Assembly (NCBI GenBank): GCA_046290225.1
Contig: JBKAGE010000038.1
Coordinates: forward strand, 96,001-160,000
DNA: 64,000 nucleotides
Direction of reading: 5' to 3'
From: Bradymonadia bacterium
GTDB taxonomy: Bacteria > Myxococcota_A > Bradymonadia > UBA7976 > UBA1532
The position numbers and the translations under genes were made by a program. Below, in pieces: positions 18,924-30,297 of this stretch (position 1 is its first letter; every line of letters starts with the position of its first letter). The notes under the pieces are model-generated. The model did not search any database and was not told where the DNA came from. It saw nothing but the letters and a program-made list of their open reading frames with translations.

Positions 18924-19748
18924 TCACTGACCTGCGATGGCCTCTCGCATGGCCTTCACTCGGTCCACGCTGATGCGGCCGCGCTCTTTGAGGGCCGTGC
19001 CCACGATGTAGCCGTGAGCGCCCAGGGTCTTCACCGTCTCCACGGTGGTGCCGCTGCCCACGAGGATGGGCACCCCCGGGGCGGCGACCTTATAAGCTTC
19101 CACCTGTTGCGGATCCGTGGGCTGCCCGGTGCCGGTCCCCGAGGCGATGAGGGCGTCGGCCCGGCCGCGGTGCACCGCGTCAGCCACCGCCTGCTCTCGG
19201 GGCAGATCTGCCAGCGGCGCCGCGTGCTTCACCTGCACGTCGGCGAGGATGGAGATCTCCGCGCCGAGTTGCTGCTTCATCCGCAACAGATCGGCAGCGC
19301 AGCCTTCGATGAGGCCCTGATCAGTGACCATGGCCCCGGTGAGCACATTGATGCGGATGAACCGCGCCCCTGTGGCCAGGGCGATGGCCAATGCCGCGGG
19401 GCCATCGTTGCGCAGGGCGTTGATGCCCAGGCTGATGCCGCCGCGCACAGCGTCCGCAGCCTGCTTCACCGACAACGCACAGCGCGTGAGCGCCGCGACA
19501 GTCTCGGGGCCCAATGACGCCTTGTAGAACGGCGCATCGTGATAGTTCTCCACCATGATGGCGTCCACGCCACCTTCGGCGAGCGAGATGGCGTCTTCCG
19601 CCGCCCTGCCGATGACCGCCTCGAAGTCCCCTGCGTAGGCAGGAGATCCCGGCAACGGCTCGAGGTGGACCATGCCCACGAACCACGGGCGGTTCTCCGG
19701 CATGGGCGGTGGGTGGTTCATCGGTCGGCGCAATGTGAGTTCGGCCAT
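18924..19748 (-). CDS. btpA: BtpA/SgcQ-family TIM-barrel protein
   Basis: VGMVHL.PLPGSP, VENYHDAPF, GINALRND, ADVQVKHA, GSG, IVGTALK. Confidence 0.92.
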   Translation of the reverse strand: MAELTLRRPMNHPPPMPENRPWFVGMVHLEPLPGSPAYAGDFEAVIGRAAEDAISLAEGGVDAIMVENYHDAPFYKASLGPETVAALTRCALSVKQAADAVRGGISLGINALRNDGPAALAIALATGARFIRINVLTGAMVTDQGLIEGCAADLLRMKQQLGAEISILADVQVKHAAPLADLPREQAVADAVHRGRADALIASGTGTGQPTDPQQVEAYKVAAPGVPILVGSGTTVETVKTLGAHGYIVGTALKERGRISVDRVKAMREAIAGQ

Positions 19749-19903
19749 GGGTTCCCCCTGTTGATCTTGGGTGCTGTACCGTACCCGGGTGCATGATGAC
19801 AGGCGGTTGCAGCGTGCACCACAGGTCTTCGACGTCGGCGACGCTGAGTTGACAACCTCTCTCCATTGCCCGACATCCAAGGTTCACCCTCCGAGAGGAC
19901 CCC

Positions 19904-21544
19904 ATGAAGAGCGCTCTCATCGCTTCGGCTCCCATCGCCCGGCTCCAGTGGCTGGTGCGGCTCAGATGGCTCGCCCTCTGTGGTGTCAGCGTCGGCGCGG
20001 TGATGGCGGCGTGGGGTGTCGTGCCCGGTGTGAACCTGCCTCTGGTGGCGGGGGCGGTCCTCATCGGCTTGCTCAGCAACGGGTGGCTGCACTTTCAGAG
20101 TCGCCGACGGCCCACCACCGATGAGCACTATGTGGGTCAGGCCCTGCTCGACACCGGGGCCCTCACCCTGGTGATCTGGGCCTCTGGCGGCGCCTCAAAC
20201 CCCTTCATCAGCTTCTACGTCTTCCCGATTCTGCTCGCGGGCCTGCTCGGTGGCCGGGCGGCGCTGCCGCCGACGGCCCTCGCCACGGTGGTGGGCATCT
20301 CATTTCAGATCATCACCCTGCAGGTACCAGCGCTTCAGGTGGGCACCTGGGATCCGATCCCTCAATGGTCCCAGCTGCTCTTCTTCGGCAGCATCGTGAT
20401 CACCGTGGGGGTAGCGGGCTACTTCGCCACGCGGTTCACCGAGGCCCTGAGGCAACAAATCAAGGCCCGCGAGAAAGCCGACCGGATTCTGGAGCTCACC
20501 TTCGAGGGCCTCGAGGCAGGCCTCGAGGTGGTGGAGCGGGGGGCGCTGATCTGGCAGAACCCCAAGGCCATCGCTCTCGTAGGCCCCCGAACGGGGCAAT
20601 GGCACTGCCCGGGCAAGGGCCAGTGTGCCCTCGGATTGGAGATGAACTGCGCCAGCCCTGGGGCCTCGTCGAGCCCCCGGCGGTGCCAGTTCCCCGTCCA
20701 CGTGGGCAGCGGCTCGGAGCAGATCTACGAGCTGGTGAACCTGCCGTTGCCTGATCGCGAGGGCTGGATGGTGCTCTACCTCGACCGCACCACCGAAGTG
20801 CTCGCCGAGCGGCAGCTGGTGTTCACCGAGCGCCTCGCCAGCCTCGGCCGCACAGTCCAGGGCGTGGCCCACGAGCTGAACACGCCGTTGTCCACCATCC
20901 AGACGCTCGCCCGCGATGTGCAAGATGCCCTGAGCGCCGCAGAGCTCCAGGGAGAGTTGCGAGAAGATCTCGACGAATCGGCGGGCATCATCACCGCAGA
21001 GGTGGATCGCTGTCGCCGGATCACCCACGCCCTGCTGGGCCGAGCCGAGTTCGTCGGCGGGGGTGGACTGCACCGCCTCGGCGACGCGGTCCAGCGGGCG
21101 GTGGCAGTGGCCTTTCCTCATCAGCGCGATCGCGTGGACGTCACCCTCGGCCGCGCCGCCGACGTGCACCTGCCCCTCGATCCCATCATGCAGGTCTTGG
21201 TGAACCTGCTTCAGAATGCAGGAGACGCTGATCCCGAGGGTCGACTTCAGCTCACCGCTCGGAAGGCCCACAATGGTGTGGAGATCAAGGTGCGCGATCA
21301 CGGCAGCGGGGTCCCCCCCGAAGTCTTCGTGCACCTCTTCGAACCTTTCTTCACCACCAAGCCGCCGGGCAAGGGCACCGGCCTCGGCCTCTTCACGAGC
21401 TACGAATTAATCCGCAAGCTCGGCGGCACCCTTCAGCTCGAAAACCACAGTGAAGGCGGCGCTCAAGCGACCATTCGGTTGCCGGTGACCGGAGACCCGC
21501 CGCAGACAGATCCGTCGTTGGATTCACGTTCAGGGCCGACGTGA
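19904..21544 (+). CDS. Membrane sensor histidine kinase, RegB/PrrB-like
   Basis: [16 protein letters not shown], multiple TM helices, AHELNTPL H-box, [25 protein letters not shown]. Confidence 0.92.
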   Translation: MKSALIASAPIARLQWLVRLRWLALCGVSVGAVMAAWGVVPGVNLPLVAGAVLIGLLSNGWLHFQSRRRPTTDEHYVGQALLDTGALTLVIWASGGASNPFISFYVFPILLAGLLGGRAALPPTALATVVGISFQIITLQVPALQVGTWDPIPQWSQLLFFGSIVITVGVAGYFATRFTEALRQQIKAREKADRILELTFEGLEAGLEVVERGALIWQNPKAIALVGPRTGQWHCPGKGQCALGLEMNCASPGASSSPRRCQFPVHVGSGSEQIYELVNLPLPDREGWMVLYLDRTTEVLAERQLVFTERLASLGRTVQGVAHELNTPLSTIQTLARDVQDALSAAELQGELREDLDESAGIITAEVDRCRRITHALLGRAEFVGGGGLHRLGDAVQRAVAVAFPHQRDRVDVTLGRAADVHLPLDPIMQVLVNLLQNAGDADPEGRLQLTARKAHNGVEIKVRDHGSGVPPEVFVHLFEPFFTTKPPGKGTGLGLFTSYELIRKLGGTLQLENHSEGGAQATIRLPVTGDPPQTDPSLDSRSGPT

Positions 21545-21579
21545 TCTATGCTGAGCGCGCATCAACCCATGGAGCAGGC

Positions 21580-22428
21580 GTGTCACACAGTGATCAGATC
21601 AACCCGCGCAGGATCTTCATCGTCTCCGACGCCACGGGGGACACCGCCGAGACGGTGGTGAAGGCGGCGCTGATGCAGTTCGACCCGGAGGCTGCTCACC
21701 TCGAGCTGTTCCCCCGAGTGCGTCGCGAGTCCCAGATCGAAGAGATCGTCGAGCGGGCCGCCGACGAAGAGGCCCTCATCGTGCACACCACGGTGACCCC
21801 GTCACACCGGGAGCGCTTGCATGAGCTGTGCTCCGAGGCCGGGGTGGACGACGTCGACCTGATCGGCACCCTCATGGCCAAGCTGACCACCTTCCTCGAC
21901 GTGAAGCCACGGGCGGAGCCTGGCCGCATTCACACCGTCAACGACGACTACTTCCGCCGCATCGAGGCGGTGGAGTTCGCCGTGAAGAACGATGACGGCC
22001 AGCACCCCCGCAACCTCGACAAGTCCGACATCGTGCTCGTGGGCATCTCCCGGACCAGCAAGACGCCGCTGAGCACCTACCTCGCTCAGCGTGGGTACAA
22101 GGTGGCCAACATCCCCATCGTGATGGGCATCGAGCCCCCCGAAGAGCTGTTCCGCATCGATCAGCGCAAGATCTTCGCCCTCAGCATCCAGACCGAGGCC
22201 CTCTTCAGGATCCGTCAGGCGCGTCTGAGGCAGCTGGGTATGCCCGCGGACACCAGCTACGGCATGCAGGACCACATCGACGAAGAGCTGCAGTACGCCC
22301 AGTCGATCTACAAGGGCAACCCGCAGTGGCCCGTGCTCGACGTCACCGATCGAGCCATCGAAGAGATCGCCGCCACCTTGCTCAACATCAAGAAGCAGCG
22401 TGAAACGGAGAGCGGCTCAGAAGACTGA
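21580..22428 (+). CDS. PEP synthase/PPDK regulatory protein (kinase/pyrophosphorylase, DUF299)
   Basis: IVSDATGDTAE, YFRRIEAVEFAVKNDDG, GISRTSKTPLS.YLA, RAIEEIA. Confidence 0.95.
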   Translation: MSHSDQINPRRIFIVSDATGDTAETVVKAALMQFDPEAAHLELFPRVRRESQIEEIVERAADEEALIVHTTVTPSHRERLHELCSEAGVDDVDLIGTLMAKLTTFLDVKPRAEPGRIHTVNDDYFRRIEAVEFAVKNDDGQHPRNLDKSDIVLVGISRTSKTPLSTYLAQRGYKVANIPIVMGIEPPEELFRIDQRKIFALSIQTEALFRIRQARLRQLGMPADTSYGMQDHIDEELQYAQSIYKGNPQWPVLDVTDRAIEEIAATLLNIKKQRETESGSED

Positions 22429-22454
22429 GCCTGATGATGCGGTGAGCCCCACCA

Positions 22455-22895
22455 TCAGCCCCGGGTGTATTCGAAATCCGGCTTGGGGCCGCTGAGGACC
22501 AGATCGCGCTCCTCGGGCAGCTGATACTCGAACCCCGCACCGGTGAGGAAGGCCTCGACGCGCCGAATGCGCGCGTCGGCCATCTCCAGAGGCCAGCTCA
22601 GGCGCTCCACCCACGCCGCATTCACCATACTGGGCAGAGGCGGCAGACCGATGGAGGGCGGCCGGGGGATCAGCACCTCTCGGGGGTGCAGAAGATCGTC
22701 GAGGGCGACACACAGAGCAGAATCCATCGGTGTGTCTTCCGCTGGGTCGCCCTCCAGGGCGTCAAAGGCCCGGGCCAGGAGCTTTCGAGCGAGCCCCCTC
22801 TGCGTGCGGGGCAGACTTCGGGCGCTCAGGGCTTCTGCCACCCCCTTCGCCAGGGCCTCCAGCTCGCTCTTGGACCACAACACCGCGGACGCCAA
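22455..22895 (-). CDS. Hypothetical protein
   Basis: 146-aa ORF filling the gap between two plus-strand genes. Confidence 0.55.
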   Translation of the reverse strand: MASAVLWSKSELEALAKGVAEALSARSLPRTQRGLARKLLARAFDALEGDPAEDTPMDSALCVALDDLLHPREVLIPRPPSIGLPPLPSMVNAAWVERLSWPLEMADARIRRVEAFLTGAGFEYQLPEERDLVLSGPKPDFEYTRG

Positions 22896-23003
22896 TCTGT
22901 TGCCTCTCCAGGTTCTTGCAACTGTCTTTGGTTGTTCACTGGTCTGATTGGACCACTTAGGGTTAAATGACCATCAGATCAGTTCCGAGGCTCCCCCAGG
23001 TCG

Positions 23004-24503
23004 ATGGCCGAACACAAGTACAGCATCATCGAGAAGCTCGACTCAGGCGGTATGGCCGAGGTCTGGAAGGGCCGCGCCGCCAGCATGCGTGGCTTCGAAA
23101 AGCTCGTCGCCATCAAGCGCGTGCTGCCGAACCTGTCGAAGAACGAAAAGTTCATCGCCATGTTCCTCGACGAGGCCCGACTGTCTCTGCATCTGAACCA
23201 CGCCAATGTGGTGCAGACGTTCGACATCGGCCGCTCCGAGAACAGCTACTTCATCGTGATGGAGTACGTGAGCGGGGCCAACCTCAAGCGCATCCTCGAG
23301 CTCTCTCGAGAGCACGGCCACAGCATCTCCCCCGAGCTCTGCGCCTTCATCGGCCACGAGATCTGCAAGGGGCTCTATCACGCCCACCGTCGCCGAGACT
23401 CCAGGGAGCGACCGCTCAACATCGTGCACCGCGACGTGAGCCCGCCGAACGTGCTGCTCAGCGTCGAGGGCGAGGTCAAGCTCGTGGACTTCGGCCTCGC
23501 CAAGGCCGCGACTCAGGCCGCCCTCACTGATCCCGGCATCGTCAAAGGCAAGTTCAGCTACCTCAGCCCCGAGGCTGCTTATGGCGAGAAGGTGGACTTC
23601 CGGGCCGACATCTTCAGCACCGGCATCATCCTCTGGGAGATGCTCGCCGGGGTGAAGCTGTTCAACGGTCGCACTGATCTCGAGACCGTGAAGCTCGTGC
23701 GCCGGGCCAAGATCCCCCCGCTGAGTGATTATCGCAGTCAGGTCCCACCAGATCTCGAGGCCATCATCCGCCGGGCCCTCGCCCGACAGCCCCGCGATCG
23801 GTACCAGAGCGCCCGGGATCTCGCTCAAGATCTGAGTCGTTTCCTCTTCAACAACCGGCTCATGGTCACCAGCTTCGACGTCGCCGATCTCATCGCCCGG
23901 TGCCGTGAGTGGTCTCACGCGGGCCCCCGGCCCCGTCGGAACACGGGCAGCCTCGTCCGCGGGCAGCAGCAGGCCCAAATCCAAGAGGAGATGGGCAACT
24001 TCACCTCCCTTGAGAAGCTCGCGGAGATGTCGTTCCGCCCAGTGGCCACCGACGCCCCCGGCGAGGCGGTGCCCAAGAAGCAGGAGGTGGTCGATCCGCG
24101 GAACTGGACGAGCGAGCTGGGCCTCGATCACACCAACGAGGTCGAAGTGCCCGAGGCCAGCCTCATCACCGACGACACCCCGGTGTCGCCGAGAATGGCC
24201 GCGACACAGCCAGTGCCGACTCGACCCGTGCCGACCCAGCCTGCACCCACGAAGCCGCCGCCGCTGCCACCTGCTGCGCAACCGAGATCCTTCCGCGAGG
24301 CCAAGGCTGCGGCCCAGTCAAGCGCAGCCCAGGCAAGCACAGCACCGGCAACCGCGAGCCAGGCCACCGAGAGCCGTACGGTGCCTGCAGAGGCGATCCC
24401 CGGCGGGGAGATCTCAGAGGAAGACCAAGATCACACCGAAGAGATCACCCGGCCTGATCTCGACGGGCTTTCGAACAAGAATTCCTCGCCCGCCAACCAC
24501 TGA
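23004..24503 (+). CDS. Eukaryote-like Ser/Thr protein kinase (cytoplasmic, Pro/Ala-rich tail)
   Basis: [39 protein letters not shown]. Confidence 0.95.
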   Translation: MAEHKYSIIEKLDSGGMAEVWKGRAASMRGFEKLVAIKRVLPNLSKNEKFIAMFLDEARLSLHLNHANVVQTFDIGRSENSYFIVMEYVSGANLKRILELSREHGHSISPELCAFIGHEICKGLYHAHRRRDSRERPLNIVHRDVSPPNVLLSVEGEVKLVDFGLAKAATQAALTDPGIVKGKFSYLSPEAAYGEKVDFRADIFSTGIILWEMLAGVKLFNGRTDLETVKLVRRAKIPPLSDYRSQVPPDLEAIIRRALARQPRDRYQSARDLAQDLSRFLFNNRLMVTSFDVADLIARCREWSHAGPRPRRNTGSLVRGQQQAQIQEEMGNFTSLEKLAEMSFRPVATDAPGEAVPKKQEVVDPRNWTSELGLDHTNEVEVPEASLITDDTPVSPRMAATQPVPTRPVPTQPAPTKPPPLPPAAQPRSFREAKAAAQSSAAQASTAPATASQATESRTVPAEAIPGGEISEEDQDHTEEITRPDLDGLSNKNSSPANH

Positions 24504-24557
24504 TTCTCCGATACATGACTGTCTTTGTTTGCCCCACCCTCACTCCAGAGAGGCAGG

Positions 24558-25805
24558 ATGCGACCGATCCATGACGAGCAGCTCCTCGCGATCATCCTCG
24601 CCGGTGGCGAAGGCCGCCGGCTTCGACCCCTCACCCTGGACCGCGCGAAGCCTGCGGTGCCTTTCGGGGGCCGATACCGGATCATCGACTTCGTGCTCAG
24701 CAACTTCGTCAACTCGGGCTTCTTCCAGATCAAGGTCCTGACCCAGTACAAGGCCTCGAGCTTGATCTCGCACCTGGTCCGCGGCTGGCAGCTTGCCCCG
24801 ATCCTCGGTCACTTCGTCGAGCCCGTGCCCGCTCAGCAGCGCACGGGCCCTGAGTGGTTCAAGGGCAGCGCCGACGCCGTGTACCAGAACCTGAACCTCG
24901 TCAGCGACATGAAGCCCGATCTCGTGGCGGTCTTCGGCGCCGATCACATCTACAAGATGGATGTCCGGCAGATGGTGGAGTTCCACCGCGACAAAGACGC
25001 CGACCTGACCATCGCCGCCATCCCGGTGCCCATCGAAGAGGCCCATCAGTTCGGCATCCTCAAGGTGGACGAGCACGGGCGGATGATCGACTTCATGGAG
25101 AAGCCTTCGGATCCGCCACCGATGCCCGGTGATCCCACAAAGTGTCTGGCCTCGATGGGGAACTACCTGTTCCGCACGTCCACCCTCGTGGACGAGATTG
25201 TCCGGGACGCCCGGGAGCAGAGCTCGGCCCACGACTTCGGGGGCAGCATCGTCACCAAGATGGTGGGGAACGAGAAGGTCTTCGTCTACGACTTCGCCAC
25301 CAACTCCCACCCGGGCATGGAAGAGAAGGAGCGGGGCTACTGGCGCGACGTGGGCACGATGGACGCCTACTGGTCGGCCTCGATGGATCTCATCGACGTC
25401 AACCCGGTGTTCAACCTCTACAACCGCAGCTGGCCGATCCGCAGCTGGTACGCCCACCTGCCCCCGGCGAAGTTCGTCTTCGACAGCCCCAACGACAACC
25501 GCACCGGCATCGCCGTGAGCTCCCTGGTGAGCCCCGGCTGTATCATCTCCGGTGGGCGGGTCTCCGAGAGCATCCTCGCTCCGAGAGTGCACGTGCACAG
25601 CTACGCCAGCGTGGAGCAGTCCATCGTCGGCGAGGGCTCCGACATCGGCCGCAACGCCCGCATCCGCAAGGCGGTGCTGGACAAGTTCGTCACCGTAGAG
25701 CCTGGGGCCACCATCGGCTACGACCTCGAACGGGATCGCGCCCGCTTCACGGTGACCGAGAGCGGCATCGTCGCCGTGGCCAAGGGGGCCCATGTCAGGG
25801 CCTGA
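24558..25805 (+). CDS. glgC: Glucose-1-phosphate adenylyltransferase
   Basis: [58 protein letters not shown]. Confidence 0.97.
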   Translation: MRPIHDEQLLAIILAGGEGRRLRPLTLDRAKPAVPFGGRYRIIDFVLSNFVNSGFFQIKVLTQYKASSLISHLVRGWQLAPILGHFVEPVPAQQRTGPEWFKGSADAVYQNLNLVSDMKPDLVAVFGADHIYKMDVRQMVEFHRDKDADLTIAAIPVPIEEAHQFGILKVDEHGRMIDFMEKPSDPPPMPGDPTKCLASMGNYLFRTSTLVDEIVRDAREQSSAHDFGGSIVTKMVGNEKVFVYDFATNSHPGMEEKERGYWRDVGTMDAYWSASMDLIDVNPVFNLYNRSWPIRSWYAHLPPAKFVFDSPNDNRTGIAVSSLVSPGCIISGGRVSESILAPRVHVHSYASVEQSIVGEGSDIGRNARIRKAVLDKFVTVEPGATIGYDLERDRARFTVTESGIVAVAKGAHVRA

Positions 25806-27939
25806 GGGTGGCGACCGACCGCTGCGGCTGGCTCTGGTGTGGCACATGCATCAGCCGGACTATCGAGACGCCGCCACGGGTCGGCCCACCATGCCATGGG
25901 TCCGCCTGCACTGTACCCGGGCCTACTTCGACATGGCCTGGATGCTCGCCCGACACCCCGAGATCAAAGGCGTCTTCAACTTTGTGCCGGTGCTCCTCGA
26001 GCAGCTCGAGTCCCTCATCGAAGGCGGTGAGGCCGATCTGTACTGGCACCTCACCCGCACCCCCGCTGATCAGCTGTCCGAGGCTCAACGTGAGTTCCTG
26101 CTCTCCCACTTCTTCTCGGTGAGCTGGGAGATGGAGGTCCGCACCCGGCCTCGATACAGCGAGCTGCTCGATCGACGGGGCACGCACCCGCCCTTCAGCG
26201 CCGTCAACGAGTTCGTCGATCAGGATTTCCGCGACCTGCAGGTGCTCTTCAACCTCGCGTGGTGTGGGTACGCCGCCTTTGAGGAAGAGCCAGTTCTCGC
26301 GGCGCTGAACGCCAAGGGTCGTGGTTACACTGAAGACGACAAGGTGGCTCTGCTCGACGCCCAGAGCCGGATTCTGGCCCGCACCCTGCCGCTGTATCGA
26401 GATCTCATCGCCAAGGGTCAGGTGGAGGCCACCACCACACCCTACTTTCATCCGATCCTGCCCCTGCTCATCGACTCCGACTTCGCCCACCGCTCGGCGC
26501 CGGACATGCTCCTGCCTGCGCGCTTCAACTGGCCCGCTGACGCCGAGGCCCACGTGGCTCGCGCAGTGGCCCGCCACGAGAAGCACTTCGGCGTGCCCCC
26601 CACGGGCATGTGGCCTGCGGAGGGATCAGTGTGCCCGGAGATGGTGCCTCTGCTTGCCCGTCATGGCATCCGGTGGATGGCCACCGACGAAGCGCAGCTG
26701 CAAGCGGCCCTCGGCGGCCGGCTCGACGATCGGCGCGATGTGTACCGCCCCTGGCGGATCGAGATCGACGGCGACACCGTGGTCACCGTGTTCCGAGATC
26801 GCACGCTGAGCGATTTGCTGGGCTTCACCTACGCCCGCAACCCCGTCGACGTTGCCGTGAACGATCTGATGGGCCGCCTCGGCCACCTGCATCAGATGAC
26901 CTCCGGCCTCGACGAGCCCCCAGTGGTGAGCGTGATCCTCGATGGCGAAAACCCATGGGAGCACTACCCGCAGAGCGGCAAGCTGTTCCTCGACGGGCTC
27001 TACACCGCCCTCGCCGAGGCGCCCTGGGTACAGACGACGACATTGGCAGAGCATCTCACGCACCACACCCCGAAGCGTGCCTTGGGCACCTTGGGCACGG
27101 GCTCCTGGATCGGCGGCAACTTCCGTATCTGGGCCGACGGTGACATGGAGCGGGAAGGCTGGCGGCTGCTCGGCGAGGCCCGCGCCTGGATGGAGGCGCG
27201 GCGAGATCACGTGGGCGCCGATGTGTGGGCCCAAGCCACGCACCACCTGATGGTGGCAGAGGGCAGCGACTGGTTCTGGTGGTACGGCGACGACTTCACC
27301 ACCGAGAACGACAGCCACTTCGACGCACTGTTTCGAGGTCACCTGCGTCAGGTCTACCGACTGCTCGGCGGGGAGCCGCCAGAGCCACTGTGCCGCTCTC
27401 TCTACCCTGAGCGTGGCCACAGCGCCGTCACCCCGCCGCAGGCCTTCGTCACCCCCCACTTCGATCGTCCGGGCACCTACTTCGACTGGATCGGCGCTGG
27501 GGAGTACGAGGTCGGGGGCCCGACGGCGTCGATGCATCGCGCCACCCACGCCTTCGCCCGCATGCTCTTCGGGTTCGATCTCGAGCACCTGTATCTACGG
27601 CTTGATCCCCCTGAAGAGGCTGAAGGGCCCTTCACCATCGAAGCTCAGCTGTGGGGCCCCCGTAAGGCCACAGCCCGTGTCGTGGCCTCTGAGCCGCAGC
27701 AAGCGAGCCTCACCGTGGACGGCGGCTCGCCGGAGCCACTGAGTCTCGTGCGCGTGGATCAGGGGACCATCCAGCTCGGGGTACCCTTCGAGGCCCTGGG
27801 TGCTCACCCCGGCGATGTCGTGCAGGTGCAGATCAGGGTGATGCAGGGGCAGGTGGAGGTGGAGCGCTATCCTGCTGCGGCGCCGCTTCAGGTGCAGACC
27901 CCTGATGCCCACTTCGAGGATCTGAACTGGACGATTTGA
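25792..27939 (+). CDS. Glycoside hydrolase family 57
   Basis: [48 protein letters not shown]. Confidence 0.95.
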   Translation: MSGPEGGDRPLRLALVWHMHQPDYRDAATGRPTMPWVRLHCTRAYFDMAWMLARHPEIKGVFNFVPVLLEQLESLIEGGEADLYWHLTRTPADQLSEAQREFLLSHFFSVSWEMEVRTRPRYSELLDRRGTHPPFSAVNEFVDQDFRDLQVLFNLAWCGYAAFEEEPVLAALNAKGRGYTEDDKVALLDAQSRILARTLPLYRDLIAKGQVEATTTPYFHPILPLLIDSDFAHRSAPDMLLPARFNWPADAEAHVARAVARHEKHFGVPPTGMWPAEGSVCPEMVPLLARHGIRWMATDEAQLQAALGGRLDDRRDVYRPWRIEIDGDTVVTVFRDRTLSDLLGFTYARNPVDVAVNDLMGRLGHLHQMTSGLDEPPVVSVILDGENPWEHYPQSGKLFLDGLYTALAEAPWVQTTTLAEHLTHHTPKRALGTLGTGSWIGGNFRIWADGDMEREGWRLLGEARAWMEARRDHVGADVWAQATHHLMVAEGSDWFWWYGDDFTTENDSHFDALFRGHLRQVYRLLGGEPPEPLCRSLYPERGHSAVTPPQAFVTPHFDRPGTYFDWIGAGEYEVGGPTASMHRATHAFARMLFGFDLEHLYLRLDPPEEAEGPFTIEAQLWGPRKATARVVASEPQQASLTVDGGSPEPLSLVRVDQGTIQLGVPFEALGAHPGDVVQVQIRVMQGQVEVERYPAAAPLQVQTPDAHFEDLNWTI

Positions 27940-29092
27940 CCTCGTAGATCACCACCCCCACCTTCGGGCTCACGGCCATGAGCGCGTCAGGGGCCAGCAC
28001 GAACAGCCGCTTCGCCCCCCCTGGCAGATTGGCGGTGCTCATGGGTACGAGACCGCCCTTGCGCACCCTGAACACGCTGAGCTTGCGCTCTGCAGCGACG
28101 GCAACGGCAGACCCTTCAGTGAGGACAGCACCCCGAGTACTCGACTGCCAGATCTCGGGGATCGGCTGGATGAGCTCTCCAGGGATCGGCAACACGGTCC
28201 GGGTCTTCTTCGGGCCCTGGGTCATGACCAGGCCATCTGAGGTGACCTCCAGACGACCACCATTCACGGGCGCCATGGGCATGTTGATGGTGGGTGGCAA
28301 CACCTTGCGCCCCCCCGCAGTAGGCGACACACGGACCTCGGCGCCGCTCACGTCGAGGGGCCAGCCGGTCCCCTTGTCGTCCACGATCCACAGCCACGCA
28401 TCATCGAAAAACACACGCTGAAGGTTTCGACTGGGGATGTAGGCGGGCAACACCACGAGCACGGGGCGCCCCTGGCCTGGGCGCCAGTGCCACAACCCCG
28501 AGGCCCCCACGGTCCAGACCTCTCGGCCCCGGACAGCAGCGTCGCGCAGATCCCCTGGAGCAAAACGCCACGCCTCGAAGCCCTGAGCACCAGACTGCAC
28601 GCCCCAGCCCCACTCTCCGGCGATGACCTGACGGCCATTGGCCAGGGCCCCACGCCAGCGACTGCCAGAAGGGGCGTGGGCCTTTGGTGGGGGCAGCGGC
28701 CATCCGTCGCGGATCTGTGGGCCTTTCCAGGCCACGCCTTCACTCGACAGCCCCATGGCATCTCCACCATGCAGGGACAACGTGAGGCGATCCCCACTGC
28801 AGCCGACGGATTCGATGGGCGTGCCTGAGTCGAGACTCGGACCGGCCCATCGATGGACCAGCTGCGGATCCCCACCTGCAGGAAAAGCCCAACGTTCGAC
28901 CTCGTGGCGACGGGCGAGCCAGACCTGATCACCCCCGACGACGCACCCGGTGACATAGCCCCCTTCAGCCCAGAGGCGAGGCACCAGAGTCAGCTCGCCC
29001 TCAGGCGGTGTCAGCACCTCTTTTTTCTCGGGTGCGCCACCACAACCAACCAGCAGCCCGCAGGCCAGGAGTAGATTGCCCCACCGGTTCAC
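27833..29092 (-). CDS. Hypothetical lipoprotein, possibly beta-propeller
   Basis: GTGA overlap with glycerate kinase stop; lipobox LVGC; Trp/Gly-rich beta-type repeats. Confidence 0.65.
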   Translation of the reverse strand: MNRWGNLLLACGLLVGCGGAPEKKEVLTPPEGELTLVPRLWAEGGYVTGCVVGGDQVWLARRHEVERWAFPAGGDPQLVHRWAGPSLDSGTPIESVGCSGDRLTLSLHGGDAMGLSSEGVAWKGPQIRDGWPLPPPKAHAPSGSRWRGALANGRQVIAGEWGWGVQSGAQGFEAWRFAPGDLRDAAVRGREVWTVGASGLWHWRPGQGRPVLVVLPAYIPSRNLQRVFFDDAWLWIVDDKGTGWPLDVSGAEVRVSPTAGGRKVLPPTINMPMAPVNGGRLEVTSDGLVMTQGPKKTRTVLPIPGELIQPIPEIWQSSTRGAVLTEGSAVAVAAERKLSVFRVRKGGLVPMSTANLPGGAKRLFVLAPDALMAVSPKVGVVIYEVKSSSSDPRSGHQGSAPEAAPQQDSAPPPPAPASP

Positions 29093-30297
29093 TGCACGCC
29101 TCCAGCGAGCGACCACAAGCGGGCGGCCCGAGCCACGGCCCGTCGAAGGTGGAGATCAGCGGTCTGCATACACGCCTCCAGAGAGATCGGCCCATCGGGG
29201 ATCGGGATCAACGCCACAGGGTGATCAGCGGCCCAGGCCTCTGCCTGGGCGGTGACCGCCCCTCCGACGATCCAGGTGGGGCGCCCGTGGGCCTCAGCAC
29301 GGGCGACCACCCCCGCCGCTACTTTACCCATGGCAGTCTGAGCGTCTACTTGGCCTTCTCCAGTGATGACGAGGTCAGCGCGCTGAATGGCGGCGTCGAG
29401 CTCCGTCAGCTCGGCGACACACTCGAGGCCTGAGTACAGCTCGGCCCCGAAGGCCGCCCACAGCCCGCCTGCAAACCCACCAGCGGCGCCGGCACGAGCG
29501 AGGTGGCGTGGATCCCGCCCTGTGGCCTCGGCAAGCGCCTCGCCCAAATGAGACAGCCCCGCTTCGAGCAGCTGAACCTCTTCTGGGCCCGCCCCCTTCT
29601 GAGGGCCGAAGACTGTCGGTGCGCCCAAGGCCCCGAGCCAGGGGTTCTGTACGTCACACAAGACCTTCATTGGCCCCGGCAGCTCGGGCATCGAGATCTC
29701 GGCGATCTGGCACAACCCCTCACCACCTGGGGCGATCGCACGGCCCTCAGCATCATTGATCTGCACGCCGAGGGCCTGCAGCGCGCCGGCGCCTCCATCC
29801 ACCATGGCGCTGCCGCCTGCCCCTACCCACACCTCGTCCACCCCTGCTCCGAAGGCGTCTGCGATGAGGGCGCCGGTGCCATAGCTGGTGGCGGTGCGTG
29901 GATCACGGATGTCGGTGAGGGTGATGCCCGAAGCCCGAGCCACCTCGACGACCGCGATCACGCGGCCACTCTTCGGGTGTTCGAAGGCCCACCACTCGGC
30001 GGCCACTGGCGCCCCCTGCGGTCCAGGGACCACCACCTCTCTCCCCTGACGATGGCATACCTCGGGCAAGGCGCCCTGAAGAGCCTCGGTCAGGCCTTCT
30101 CCACCATCAGCGAGGGGGTGCAAGGCCACCTCTGCATGGGGCCAGACAGTACGCAGACCTGCGGAGATGGACTCTGCTGCCTGTACGCAGGTCAGACTGC
30201 CCTTGAAGCTGTCAGGGGCGACGAGAATGCGATGGGGACGGCCTATGCGGGGTGCCGCATCGCTCGGTACTGCGGGGGGGTGTGATCGATCAGCCAA
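29089..30297 (-). CDS. glxK: Glycerate kinase (GlxK/GarK family)
   Basis: ILVAPDSFKGSL, PLADGGEG, TSYGTG, GGSA..DGG.G, FGPQKGA, GAAGG, ITGEG..D.QT..GK. Start uncertain (TTG 30297). Confidence 0.92.
   Translation of the reverse strand: MADRSHPPAVPSDAAPRIGRPHRILVAPDSFKGSLTCVQAAESISAGLRTVWPHAEVALHPLADGGEGLTEALQGALPEVCHRQGREVVVPGPQGAPVAAEWWAFEHPKSGRVIAVVEVARASGITLTDIRDPRTATSYGTGALIADAFGAGVDEVWVGAGGSAMVDGGAGALQALGVQINDAEGRAIAPGGEGLCQIAEISMPELPGPMKVLCDVQNPWLGALGAPTVFGPQKGAGPEEVQLLEAGLSHLGEALAEATGRDPRHLARAGAAGGFAGGLWAAFGAELYSGLECVAELTELDAAIQRADLVITGEGQVDAQTAMGKVAAGVVARAEAHGRPTWIVGGAVTAQAEAWAADHPVALIPIPDGPISLEACMQTADLHLRRAVARAARLWSLAGGVQ

Noticed and set aside
30243..30297. Frameshifted hydrolase-glycerate kinase fusion at the G run near 30274-30281
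   Set aside because: Both genes look complete, and a TTG start with a plausible RBS explains the overlap.
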